From: a virus
Lineage: Duplodnaviria > Caudoviricetes
Virus record (IMG/VR): IMGVR_UViG_3300037755_001341
Location: 1-24,023 of that record
Reading direction: 5' to 3' (one strand)
Length of the DNA: 24,023 bases
The position numbers were made by a program, and so were the translations under genes. Positions 9,192-17,416 of the stretch are shown here, one piece after another. Numbering within the stretch: position 1 is the first letter of the stretch; every line of letters starts with the position of its first letter. The notes under the pieces were generated by a model, which searched no databases, was not told the origin of the DNA, and saw nothing but the letters and a program-made list of their open reading frames with translations.

Positions 9192-9237
9192 TGGAAGGCT
9201 CAGCCCCATGTCCGGTTTCAAGTCGCGCGCCTGCTGA

Positions 9238-11448
9238 ATGCTGCCTCATCTCCTTGCTTTATGCAATCCGACAGCGTCAAGCATCGCCGTCGTTGACCCG
9301 TTTGCCGAAGAGGCCATGGTCTTTGCACTTGACACGACGGATGTCGATTACGCGACGGTGTTGGCGGCGCTTCCATCCCCGGTCGTGCTCGGGTCAGTCG
9401 CGGCGAACACCAATATCGCGATGGTCCGCTCCATTGTCACACAATCCGCCCTTGATGCCGACGGCGATCTTGCCGCGCTCGCCACGAATGTCCCGTCCGC
9501 CGCCTGCCGCGGCAAATTCATTAAGAATAGTCAATTTCATACATTCGGCTGGCACATGCTCGGTCAGCCGGAGGACAGCACTCGTGCCATAGCGGGTGAG
9601 GCTATCGTGTGGCTCGGGTCCGCACCGAGAGGGGCAGCGGATGGTTCGACGCCCTACGACTGCGTAGGCACCTACCGAGATTATAAGGAGGACGTTTCTA
9701 CCCTTTGGCTGCCCGGCACGGTTTATGTGATTCAGGGCTTCCAATCGGGCGACCGCACCGACGAGCCTGGGGCTAATGGCTTCCCCAAAAACACCTGTCC
9801 GAAGTTCCAGAACTGCGCCGGAGACCCCTGTACCTGGCGTATGGATTACATCCCGCAGCCCGGCATGTTGTGGTGCGGCTGGCGCAACATCCAGGGCACG
9901 AACAACGAGTTCACCCGGCCGGATGCCGGCAGTTTCCCGCGCGTGTGGACGGCGACCGGGCCGAGCGACGGGCAATGGCTTGGCCCGATCGACATGACGC
10001 TGTCCGACGAAGACGTTTACGCGAATCATTGCTTCAAAACCGTCGCTTCCCAGTCCGAAGTGGAAGCGGAGGCAATGACCCGCTGGTGGTCCGGCACGGC
10101 TCTGTGGGTTCACATGCCGGACGACACCGACCCGACCGACCGCGTCTATACGGAAACTTTCCTCGGCTGGACACCGGGCACCATGTACTACCGAACCCCT
10201 GGGCTGGCCGGCTACGAGGACCTGGAGTTTATCAATTGCCAGCTTATCGGCGGCGGCGGCGCCTGCATGTCGTTCAATGCGGACAGTCAGTTCGTCGAGA
10301 ATTTCCCGAAGGCGAAATTCCTCGGCGGGCGTTATCTCGCCGGTGTTTCGTTCAAGCCGAAGGATAAATGCATAGCTGGCACCGAATGGGGCTGGTCGAC
10401 GGATGGCGATATCGTGTTCGACACGTCGGACAGGCCGGACCCCGATACCGATCCCTACATTCAGGATGTCATCAACGAGCACGGCTCCGACCCGGCCGGA
10501 TGGGCCAACATGCCGCGCTTCGTCGAAGTCAACAGCAGCTTCGAGGGCATCTACTGGTTCGGCACGGGACCGAAGTCGGACGACGGTATCATTCAAGGAT
10601 ATCTGGCCCGCCATATCGGTACGGCCGATCCCATCTTGCTCGCCAAAAAGGGCACGGCGCAATTCGATGACCGCGATTCGCATGCGCTCGCATGGCAGGG
10701 GGCGTCGAACTGGAACGTCTCGTTCATGTACCTGCAAAACGCCGGGCTCGCCTGCAACAATTATATCAACGACGACGCCCTGTCCTCGCAAAACTCGGTC
10801 GGTATGATCGTGACGGATTTCGTGATCCGGGACAGCCACCAGAAGTTCAGCGAAAGCACGGGTGGAGCCGGGCAGGGCGGCATTAATATCGGCGAGGACG
10901 GCGCAGGTCCGCGCACGGACGGCACCGGCATCAAGACTGGCTGCGAGATGCGGCGCGGCTGCATCTACAATATCATCGGCGATCCCACGCAGGCGTTCGG
11001 CTCTGCCCCGGCCCGCGTCACCGATGGCGTGGCCATGGCGTTCAGTATCGAGCAAAGCGCGATCTACGACCACATCACGGTGTGGGCCTGCACCAATGCT
11101 CACATTGGCGGCCACGTTTCGGTGGACAGCACCTATACCCGCTTCCCCGACTACATCGGCATGCAATCGACGGTAACAAATTGCATTTACCGGGAGATCG
11201 AGCAGCTCATTTTCTGGACGCGGGACAGCCTGTTCTTTTCGGCCAGCCCCGCCGCGACCGGCTACTACATCGGGCAAGGCAACCAAGTTATTCTTAAGTC
11301 AACGGAGAACACGTCCACGACCAAAAAATGGCGCATGGGCGGGACGGAAATCACCTGGGCGCAGTGGCAGGCGCAAGCGAAAGCATCCCCGCCGGGCGAT
11401 GCGGTTTCTGACTTCGACACAACCAGCTCAATAGAATTGGCGCCCTGA
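9238..11448 (+). CDS. Large phage protein, probable right-handed beta-helix (tailspike/depolymerase-like), 736 aa
   Basis: Gly/Asn/Asp/Cys-rich; ALWVHMPDDTDP and repeated short strand patterns (LEFINCQLIGG, MRRGCIYNI, TVTNCIYREI); fold call is inference. Confidence 0.55.
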   Translation: MLPHLLALCNPTASSIAVVDPFAEEAMVFALDTTDVDYATVLAALPSPVVLGSVAANTNIAMVRSIVTQSALDADGDLAALATNVPSAACRGKFIKNSQFHTFGWHMLGQPEDSTRAIAGEAIVWLGSAPRGAADGSTPYDCVGTYRDYKEDVSTLWLPGTVYVIQGFQSGDRTDEPGANGFPKNTCPKFQNCAGDPCTWRMDYIPQPGMLWCGWRNIQGTNNEFTRPDAGSFPRVWTATGPSDGQWLGPIDMTLSDEDVYANHCFKTVASQSEVEAEAMTRWWSGTALWVHMPDDTDPTDRVYTETFLGWTPGTMYYRTPGLAGYEDLEFINCQLIGGGGACMSFNADSQFVENFPKAKFLGGRYLAGVSFKPKDKCIAGTEWGWSTDGDIVFDTSDRPDPDTDPYIQDVINEHGSDPAGWANMPRFVEVNSSFEGIYWFGTGPKSDDGIIQGYLARHIGTADPILLAKKGTAQFDDRDSHALAWQGASNWNVSFMYLQNAGLACNNYINDDALSSQNSVGMIVTDFVIRDSHQKFSESTGGAGQGGINIGEDGAGPRTDGTGIKTGCEMRRGCIYNIIGDPTQAFGSAPARVTDGVAMAFSIEQSAIYDHITVWACTNAHIGGHVSVDSTYTRFPDYIGMQSTVTNCIYREIEQLIFWTRDSLFFSASPAATGYYIGQGNQVILKSTENTSTTKKWRMGGTEITWAQWQAQAKASPPGDAVSDFDTTSSIELAP

Positions 11449-11459
11449 TGGAGGACTCC

Positions 11460-11687
11460 ATGACCGACCTCTCTTCCGAAGATCTGGACGGCCTGAAACA
11501 GACCTATGAGGGCACGCTGGCGGACGCTAACAAGAAGGGTCAGACCTACGCCCTGGTCAAGGATGTGGAGAAGGTCGTACGGGCGCTCGGGGAGCTGACG
11601 CGGCGCAGAGACGGGGAAAATGCCAAAACGCGGCCCGCCGCGACTAATTACTACGACGTTCCGACCGGCGGACTGATTCCGCGCTGA
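11460..11687 (+). CDS. Hypothetical protein, 75 aa (alternative start 11448)
   Basis: GGAGG at 11450-11454 precedes ATG 11460; stop overlaps portal start (TGATG). Confidence 0.65.
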   Translation: MTDLSSEDLDGLKQTYEGTLADANKKGQTYALVKDVEKVVRALGELTRRRDGENAKTRPAATNYYDVPTGGLIPR

Positions 11688-13351
11688 TGCCCATGTCATC
11701 GGTTACCGAGCTGCTCGCAAGGTGGGAGCGCCTGAAGGGCGGTCGCGGCCTGTGGGAGCAGCACTGGGAAGACTTGGCCATCGTCATGCGCCCGTCGCGC
11801 CGCGGCTTCGTCTCCGGGCAGATCGACGGCGACTACCGCTCCGACGAGATCTTCGACGGCACGCCGATGATCGCGCGCCGCGGCCTCGCCAATGCCATCG
11901 GCGGCATGCTGCGTCCCGACGGCGAGCAGTGGGTCTTTATCAAGACGGAAGATGAGATCGAGAAGCAGGACGACGCGGCCAAGGAATGGCTGGCGGATTC
12001 CGAGGAACGGCTGCGCAATGCGCTCAACAACCCGAAGGCGCGCTTCCGCCAGGCGACCGGCGAGGCGGACGACGACCTCGTCACCTTCGGCACGGCCTGC
12101 GTCTTCACCGGGGAATCGAGCCGGCTGGACCGGCTGCTGTTCCAGACCGTCGACCTCAAGGACGCCTATATCGAGTTGGACGAGGACGGCGAGGTCGACA
12201 CCATGTTCCGGCGCCGCCGCATGACGGCGCGCCAGGCGCGGCAGCGCTTCGGGGAGAATGCCGGGCCAGAGGCAAAGCAACTGCTGGCGCAGAACCGCTT
12301 TGAGCAGAAGGTCGAGTACCTGCACATTGTGCTGCCGCGCGACGACGGGCGGACGGATGCGGCCTTCGCGCGCAACCTGCCCTTCGCCTCGCTGTGGATC
12401 GAAGCGCCGACCAAGACCCAGGTGTCCGAGAGCGGCTATCACGAGTTCCCGTTTGCCGTGCCGCGCTGGGACACGGCGTCGGGCGAGGACTACGGCCGCT
12501 CGCCGGGCATGATCGCGCTGCCGGACTCGAACACGCTGCAGTCGATGGGCGAGACCATCCTGGTGGCCGGGCAGCGCGCCGCCGACCCGCCGCTGGCCGT
12601 GCCGGACGACGGCTCCTACAACCCGATCAACGATGTCCCCGGCGGGCTTTGCTACTACGACATGGAAACCGCGCGGATGCTCAACCGCATCCCGATCGAG
12701 CCGCTCAAGGGCGGCACCAACCTGCCGATCGCGCGCGACATGCAGAAGGACACGCGCGAGCAGATCTACGCCGCCTACTTCCGCAACGTGCTTAACCTGC
12801 CGATCGACCGTCCGACCATGACGGCGACCGAGGTCATCGAGCGCAAGGAAGAGTTCATCCGCGAGATCGGCGCGGTGTTCGGCCGGCTCGAGACCGATTA
12901 CACCGCCAAGATGGTGGAGCGCCCCTTCCAGACCATGCTGCGCGCCAACGCCTTCGCGCCAATCCCCGACAGCCTCTTGGGTCGCAACGTCCGCTTCGAA
13001 TACTCGTCGCCGGTCAAGAAAATCCGCAAGCAGATCGAAGCCATGGCGGCCGACGTCTGGGCCGCGGGGCTGCTCAACCTCGCCAAGCAGGGCGTGCCCG
13101 ACGCGCTCGACTTCCTGAACGTCGACGAATACGCCAAGTTCACGCACGAAGCGCGCGGCGCGCCCCGCGACATCATCAATTCGGCGGAGCGTGTCGCACA
13201 GGTGCGCCAGATCCGCGCCCAGGTGCAGGCCCAGGAAGCGCAGAAGGACGACATGGAGCGCGTGGCGGCCGGCGGCGAGAAGGTTGCCGGGGCCATGCAG
13301 AAGATCGGCATGCAGATGCCGGGCGCGGGACAGGAGGCACCAGCAGCGTGA
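11687..13351 (+). CDS. Portal protein (podovirus head-to-tail connector family)
   Basis: Hallmark motifs PRW....GEDYGRSPGM.ALPD, MTATEV.ERKEE, EYSSP; 554 aa. Confidence 0.96.
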   Translation: MPMSSVTELLARWERLKGGRGLWEQHWEDLAIVMRPSRRGFVSGQIDGDYRSDEIFDGTPMIARRGLANAIGGMLRPDGEQWVFIKTEDEIEKQDDAAKEWLADSEERLRNALNNPKARFRQATGEADDDLVTFGTACVFTGESSRLDRLLFQTVDLKDAYIELDEDGEVDTMFRRRRMTARQARQRFGENAGPEAKQLLAQNRFEQKVEYLHIVLPRDDGRTDAAFARNLPFASLWIEAPTKTQVSESGYHEFPFAVPRWDTASGEDYGRSPGMIALPDSNTLQSMGETILVAGQRAADPPLAVPDDGSYNPINDVPGGLCYYDMETARMLNRIPIEPLKGGTNLPIARDMQKDTREQIYAAYFRNVLNLPIDRPTMTATEVIERKEEFIREIGAVFGRLETDYTAKMVERPFQTMLRANAFAPIPDSLLGRNVRFEYSSPVKKIRKQIEAMAADVWAAGLLNLAKQGVPDALDFLNVDEYAKFTHEARGAPRDIINSAERVAQVRQIRAQVQAQEAQKDDMERVAAGGEKVAGAMQKIGMQMPGAGQEAPAA

Positions 13352-13920
13352 CCATCGTAGCGGCTATCAAGGAACCGGGCGCGAACCGCGTCTGGATCGG
13401 CAGCGATACCCAATCGACCTACAATGAGAGGCGCTGCTACAGCGGCCCGAAGTGGGTACTTGCGCACGGCTGGGCGCTGGGCATCTCCGGCTATCACCGC
13501 GCCATCAACCTCGCCGCCGCGCATCGCGATGCACTGTTCGCTGACCTTGCCAGCCCCGAGGTGTTTCTTCAACGCTGGGCAAAGGTACTCGCGGGCGAAA
13601 GCTGGAACAGCGATGCGCGGGCGGGCCCAAAGGACTACGGCTGCGACTATCTGCTCGTCCGCCCTGATGTTATTTACGACATCGACTGCGCTTTCGCGAT
13701 CACGCCGACCAAGGATGGGGAGCTTTGTGCCGTCGGAAACGGCACGAAAGCCGCCCTTGGGTGCGCCTTCGGCCTGACCGGGATCGCCGCGCCGCAAGTC
13801 ATCCTCCGACGTTCGGTCGAAGCCGCGTGCGCCATCATGGAGGGTTGCGGCGGAGAGCCTTACTACGACGTGATGCAGGAGGCTCAGCAGCGCGAGCCCG
13901 TCATGGCAGTGGCCGGATGA
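13348..13920 (+). CDS. HslV/proteasome beta-subunit-like Ntn-hydrolase
   Basis: N-terminus (M)TIVAA...VWIGSDTQ with Thr at position 2, K.V....W.LGISG, AVGNG..AALG; GTGA overlap with portal stop. Confidence 0.72.
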   Translation: MTIVAAIKEPGANRVWIGSDTQSTYNERRCYSGPKWVLAHGWALGISGYHRAINLAAAHRDALFADLASPEVFLQRWAKVLAGESWNSDARAGPKDYGCDYLLVRPDVIYDIDCAFAITPTKDGELCAVGNGTKAALGCAFGLTGIAAPQVILRRSVEAACAIMEGCGGEPYYDVMQEAQQREPVMAVAG

Positions 13921-14114
13921 CCGACGCCGACGATGCCTATCTCCGCGAGCGCGAGGCCGCGCAATACCGCGTCATAGAGGAAAGCATGTACCGCCGCATG
14001 GGCCGCTCCGCGCGGCAGTACAAGCAGGACACCGGGCGCGATCCGATGAACTGGGACAGGCCGATGGTGGCCAATAACCGGTATCCGGCCTCGACTTGGT
14101 GGCGGCGCCGATGA
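13917..14114 (+). CDS. Hypothetical protein, 65 aa
   Basis: ATGA overlaps at both ends (13917-13920 and 14111-14114); MTDADDAYLRERE...WWRRR. Confidence 0.6.
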   Translation: MTDADDAYLREREAAQYRVIEESMYRRMGRSARQYKQDTGRDPMNWDRPMVANNRYPASTWWRRR

Positions 14115-14485
14115 AGCTGTTCAGCCGGATTTTCGGCCGCAGCGCCGCGACGCCGGACCCGGAAGCCTTCTTCGAGGAACTGGCCGGCAGCCGCCGTGGG
14201 CGCAAGTACACGCGCATGGATCGGCACTACGATTTCAAGAACCTGTTTCTCGGCTCCGAGCAGGGCCGACGCGTGCTGTTCGAGATCCTTTCCTGGGGCC
14301 ACGTCTTCCAGTCCTCAGCCGGGCTGGCGCAGTGCGACCCGAACAAGACCCTGTTCCACGAAGGCGAGCGCAACATCGCGCTCATGCTGCAGACCGTGCT
14401 CCGCTACGAGCCGAACGACAACCGGCCGGAGCAGGCCAACCGGCGGCGCATCCGGCCACGGCCGGCGCCGGCGCAAGAAACCTGA
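14111..14485 (+). CDS. Bbp19-like conserved phage protein between portal and scaffold
   Basis: DFKNLFLGSEQGRRVL..I...DPNKTLFHEGERNIAL pattern and canonical position. Confidence 0.8.
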   Translation: MKLFSRIFGRSAATPDPEAFFEELAGSRRGRKYTRMDRHYDFKNLFLGSEQGRRVLFEILSWGHVFQSSAGLAQCDPNKTLFHEGERNIALMLQTVLRYEPNDNRPEQANRRRIRPRPAPAQET

Positions 14486-14507
14486 CATTCACAAACCAGA
14501 GGTTCCC

Positions 14508-15617
14508 ATGACATTCCGCATTCCGCGCCCGGTCGGCGACTACGACCCGGCGTGGCCCGCCTATTGGGCGCAGCATCCGATCATGCCCCGCAGCGTCGGC
14601 GCGGCCGAGCCCGATCCGGGTTCGCCGCCGGCGACCGTGCCAGCACCGGCCCCAACGCCAGCGCCTGCGCCGGCTCCGGCTCCAACACCGGCCCCGCCAG
14701 CACCGGCGCCGACGCCCGCTCCGGCTCCTGCGCCCACTCCGACGCCGGCCCCAGCCCCGACACCAGCGCCGGCACCCGCTCCTGCGCCCGCGCCGGAACC
14801 GGCCCCCACGCCGCCGAAGCCCGAAGCCTGGCGCGACCTGATCACCGACGCGGACGCGAAGAAAGCCGCGGAGACGTCGCCGGACGTCAACCATCTCGCC
14901 AAGCGCGTGGTCGACATGCGCAAGCAGCTTTCCAAGGCGATCGTGCTGCCCGGCGAGAAGGCGACCGAGGAAGAGGTCAACGACTTCCGCACCAAGCTCG
15001 GCGTCCCGCTCAAGGCCGAGGACTACGAGTTCACGCCGCCGGAAGGCGTCACGCCGAGCGATCTCGACCTGTCGCTGCACGCCGCGATGAAGCCGCTGCT
15101 GCAGAAGGCCAACGTCAGCAAGGCCGGCGCGCAGGAGCTTGCCGCCGGCTTCACCGCGTTCTTCGCCGGGCTGGCGCAGAAGGACAAGGAAGACGACGCC
15201 AAGTTCGCCAAGGAGTCCGAGGAGCAGCTTCGCAAGGAGTGGGCCGGACCGGAGTACGACCGTAACCGCGCCTTTTCAGAGCGCGCCGGCAAGCACTTCT
15301 TCGCCGAGCGTTTCGATGAGGCCATCGCGATCCAGATGAAGGACGGAAAACCGCTCCTGGATCACCCCGTTATCATGCGCATGCTCGCCGCCGTCGGCCG
15401 CGAGATGGGCGAAGACAGGCTTGGAGGCGGCATCATGGCGGACGGCGAGCGCGAGACGGTGCAGCAGAAGATTAATGCTCTGCAGCAGCAGAAAACCGAC
15501 GCGCAGGCGAAAGGCAACGATGCAGAATTCAAGCGGCTGCATCTTGAGCAGGCGGATCTTTACGAGAAGATCCATGGTGGCCGGCCCATTGCGGGTGCGC
15601 AAGGCCGCACGGTCTAA
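14508..15617 (+). CDS. Capsid scaffolding (assembly) protein with N-terminal Pro/Ala/Thr repeat
   Basis: LPGEKATEEE..F..KLGVP...EDYEF, LRKEWAG.EYD.N, DHP.IMRML..VG..MGED motifs; AGAGG before ATG 14508; upstream of capsid gene. Confidence 0.88.
   Translation: MTFRIPRPVGDYDPAWPAYWAQHPIMPRSVGAAEPDPGSPPATVPAPAPTPAPAPAPAPTPAPPAPAPTPAPAPAPTPTPAPAPTPAPAPAPAPAPEPAPTPPKPEAWRDLITDADAKKAAETSPDVNHLAKRVVDMRKQLSKAIVLPGEKATEEEVNDFRTKLGVPLKAEDYEFTPPEGVTPSDLDLSLHAAMKPLLQKANVSKAGAQELAAGFTAFFAGLAQKDKEDDAKFAKESEEQLRKEWAGPEYDRNRAFSERAGKHFFAERFDEAIAIQMKDGKPLLDHPVIMRMLAAVGREMGEDRLGGGIMADGERETVQQKINALQQQKTDAQAKGNDAEFKRLHLEQADLYEKIHGGRPIAGAQGRTV
14640..14816 (+). repeat. Low-complexity coding repeat (PA/PT dipeptides, about 59 aa)
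   Basis: PAPAPTPAPAPAPAPTPAPPAPAPT... encoded with varied synonymous codons. Confidence 0.95.
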
Positions 15618-15637
15618 CTAAAGTCTGCCGCAACCTA

Positions 15638-15670
15638 CGGCCGCTCCTTCGGGGGCGGCCGGCTCTTTTT
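15638..15670 (+). terminator. Intrinsic terminator-like hairpin after scaffold gene
   Basis: Stem cggccgctcc / ggggcggccg (one G-U), UUCG loop, then gctcttttt. Confidence 0.75.
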
Positions 15671-15694
15671 CAGAATTCATTTCTTTAGGCCCTT

Positions 15695-15847
15695 TTCAGG
15701 TCACCGCGCGACGACGGCTCCCTCGGTTCATCCGAGCCCCGTCTGAGCGCCCCAATTGCATACCCGACGCCCCGTAAGGGCTTGAACGGTCCCGCGCAAG
15801 CGGCTCCCCGCAACGGCCCGAATCGGCTCCCGGAAGGCATGCCTGAA
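15695..15847 (+). promoter_or_regulatory. Putative structured RNA leader of the major capsid gene
   Basis: Closing helix ttcagg (15695-15700) / cctgaa (15842-15847) around several hairpins; cggctccc occurs three times. Confidence 0.5.
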
Positions 15848-15876
15848 CCCCTTCAACTTTTGAGGACAGGCAAGCT

Positions 15877-16767
15877 ATGTCTACGACGATCACAGAAGCC
15901 TTCACCCGTCAATATGAGACGGATGTGAAGGATGTGTTCCAGCGGGAGGGCGCCTATCTGCGTCAGACCGTGCGTTTCGAAGACGGCGTGGTCGGCTATT
16001 CGACGACCTTCAACAAGATCGGCAAGGGCGTCGCTACGACGAAGTCGCGTCATGGCGCCATCACGCCGATGAACCAGACCCACACCGCCATCGAATGTAC
16101 GCTGGCGGACTTCTACGCGGGCGACTGGGTCGACAAGCTCGACGAAGCCAAGATCAAGATCAACGAGCAACAGGCGCTCGTCCGTGGCGGTGCCTATGCT
16201 CTCGGCCGCAAGGTCGACGATCAGATCGTGACCGTGCTCGATGCCACCACGCAGGTGGCCGTCACGTGGACGATCACCTCGATCAACACCATCGAGAATT
16301 CGTTGATCAGCATGGTGGAAGCGCTGCATGGCAACGATGTGCCCAACGACGGGCAGATCTACGGCCTGCTGACGCCGCGATCGTGGGCGGCGGCGATGAA
16401 GGTCGAAAGCTTCAGCTCGGCCGATTACGTCGGTCCTGCGGGCCAGACCTTCGTCATGGGCATCTCGATTGGCGTACGCTTCAAGCCCTGGATGGGCGTG
16501 ATGTGGCAGATGCACACCGGCCTGCCCGGGAAAGGCACCGCCGCCGCCAAGAACTTCGTCTATCACAAGACGGCTATTGGCTACGCGGCGGCGGCGGCGG
16601 CCGGCAATATCGCCGGCAACCCCACTGTCTCCGCTGACATCACCTGGCACGGCGACCGCGCGTCGCACTTCGTCAACAACTTCATGAGTGGCGGCGCCGC
16701 CTTGATCGATGACACCGGCGTGATCGAAGGCGCGATGGACGATACCGTCGCGCTTCCGGCTTCGTAA
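15877..16767 (+). CDS. Major capsid protein (BPP-1-like podovirus family), 296 aa
   Basis: MSTTITEAF..QY..DV...FQ..G..LR.TV, DWVDKLDE.K, AYALGRK.DD.I, SGGA.LID..GV; GAGGACAGG RBS region; follows scaffold. Confidence 0.93.
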   Translation: MSTTITEAFTRQYETDVKDVFQREGAYLRQTVRFEDGVVGYSTTFNKIGKGVATTKSRHGAITPMNQTHTAIECTLADFYAGDWVDKLDEAKIKINEQQALVRGGAYALGRKVDDQIVTVLDATTQVAVTWTITSINTIENSLISMVEALHGNDVPNDGQIYGLLTPRSWAAAMKVESFSSADYVGPAGQTFVMGISIGVRFKPWMGVMWQMHTGLPGKGTAAAKNFVYHKTAIGYAAAAAAGNIAGNPTVSADITWHGDRASHFVNNFMSGGAALIDDTGVIEGAMDDTVALPAS

Positions 16768-16781
16768 GGGAGGGCTGAACA

Positions 16782-17408
16782 ATGACTTTCAACACTGCCA
16801 ACCTTCATCTCGTTCCCGGTGCCTCCGGCGACCTGATCTACAAGTACGACGCCGGCTCCGACACCATGGCGACCGTCATCGCCGATGGGTATTTCAACAA
16901 CGTCGACGATGCGATCAACCTGACGGTCGACGACCGGATTTACTGCGACTGCGTGGACGGCAACCTCGTCCTCAAGGTCTCGGCGATCTCGGTCGCGGGC
17001 GTCGTCACCACGCAGTTCGCTGGCGGCAACCTGCCGATCCAGACGGCGGCGACCGGCACGGAGGCGGCTCTCTCGGCCGCGCTCGGCGCCGGTTTCATGG
17101 AGTTCGGCACGTCGATCGCCACCGCCACGCGCTATGTCCTGCCGACGCCCTATGCGGGTGCCGAGTTCATGGCGCGCCGGGTCGACAGCGGCACGCAGCC
17201 GATGGAGTTCGACGCCGGCGGTTCCGGCGCCACCACCGTCGTCTACGACAACACCGGCAACCGCCGCATCACCTCTCGCTACGAGGGCGAGAGCTTCCAC
17301 GTGGTCGGTTCCGCGGCCGCGCGGTGGCGCCTCTACGGCGCGAACTTCCGCTCTTCGGGGTCGGAAGATCTCGGCGGTGGCGCCAGCGTGTTCATCGCCG
17401 GCACCTAA
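16782..17408 (+). CDS. Putative capsid decoration/cement protein with C-terminal extension, 208 aa
   Basis: GGGAGG RBS; Y....DT.ATV...GYFN......L.V.D.I pattern typical of the gene after this capsid type; shares terminator with capsid gene. Confidence 0.6.
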   Translation: MTFNTANLHLVPGASGDLIYKYDAGSDTMATVIADGYFNNVDDAINLTVDDRIYCDCVDGNLVLKVSAISVAGVVTTQFAGGNLPIQTAATGTEAALSAALGAGFMEFGTSIATATRYVLPTPYAGAEFMARRVDSGTQPMEFDAGGSGATTVVYDNTGNRRITSRYEGESFHVVGSAAARWRLYGANFRSSGSEDLGGGASVFIAGT

Positions 17409-17416
17409 GCTGTACG

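Noticed and set aside
1315-13147. Long minus-strand ORFs (1315-2541, 4445-5857, 6289-7548, 7645-8592, 9394-11286, 11696-13147)
   Set aside because: Antisense shadows of well-supported + strand genes, expected in high-GC DNA; no motifs
14196-14507. Upstream extension of the scaffold ORF (473 aa as listed)
   Set aside because: Overlaps the Bbp19-like gene in another frame; RBS and ATG at 14508 fit better
14640-14816. Possible CRISPR array or VNTR
   Set aside because: No constant repeat with unique spacers; it is a degenerate coding repeat of Pro/Ala/Thr
15695-15847. Possible tRNA in the scaffold-capsid gap
   Set aside because: No T-loop GTTCRA or D-loop consensus and arm geometry does not fit a cloverleaf
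16740-16790. Programmed frameshift or read-through extending the capsid protein (as in T7 10A/10B)
   Set aside because: No slippery sequence seen near the stop, and the next gene has its own strong RBS
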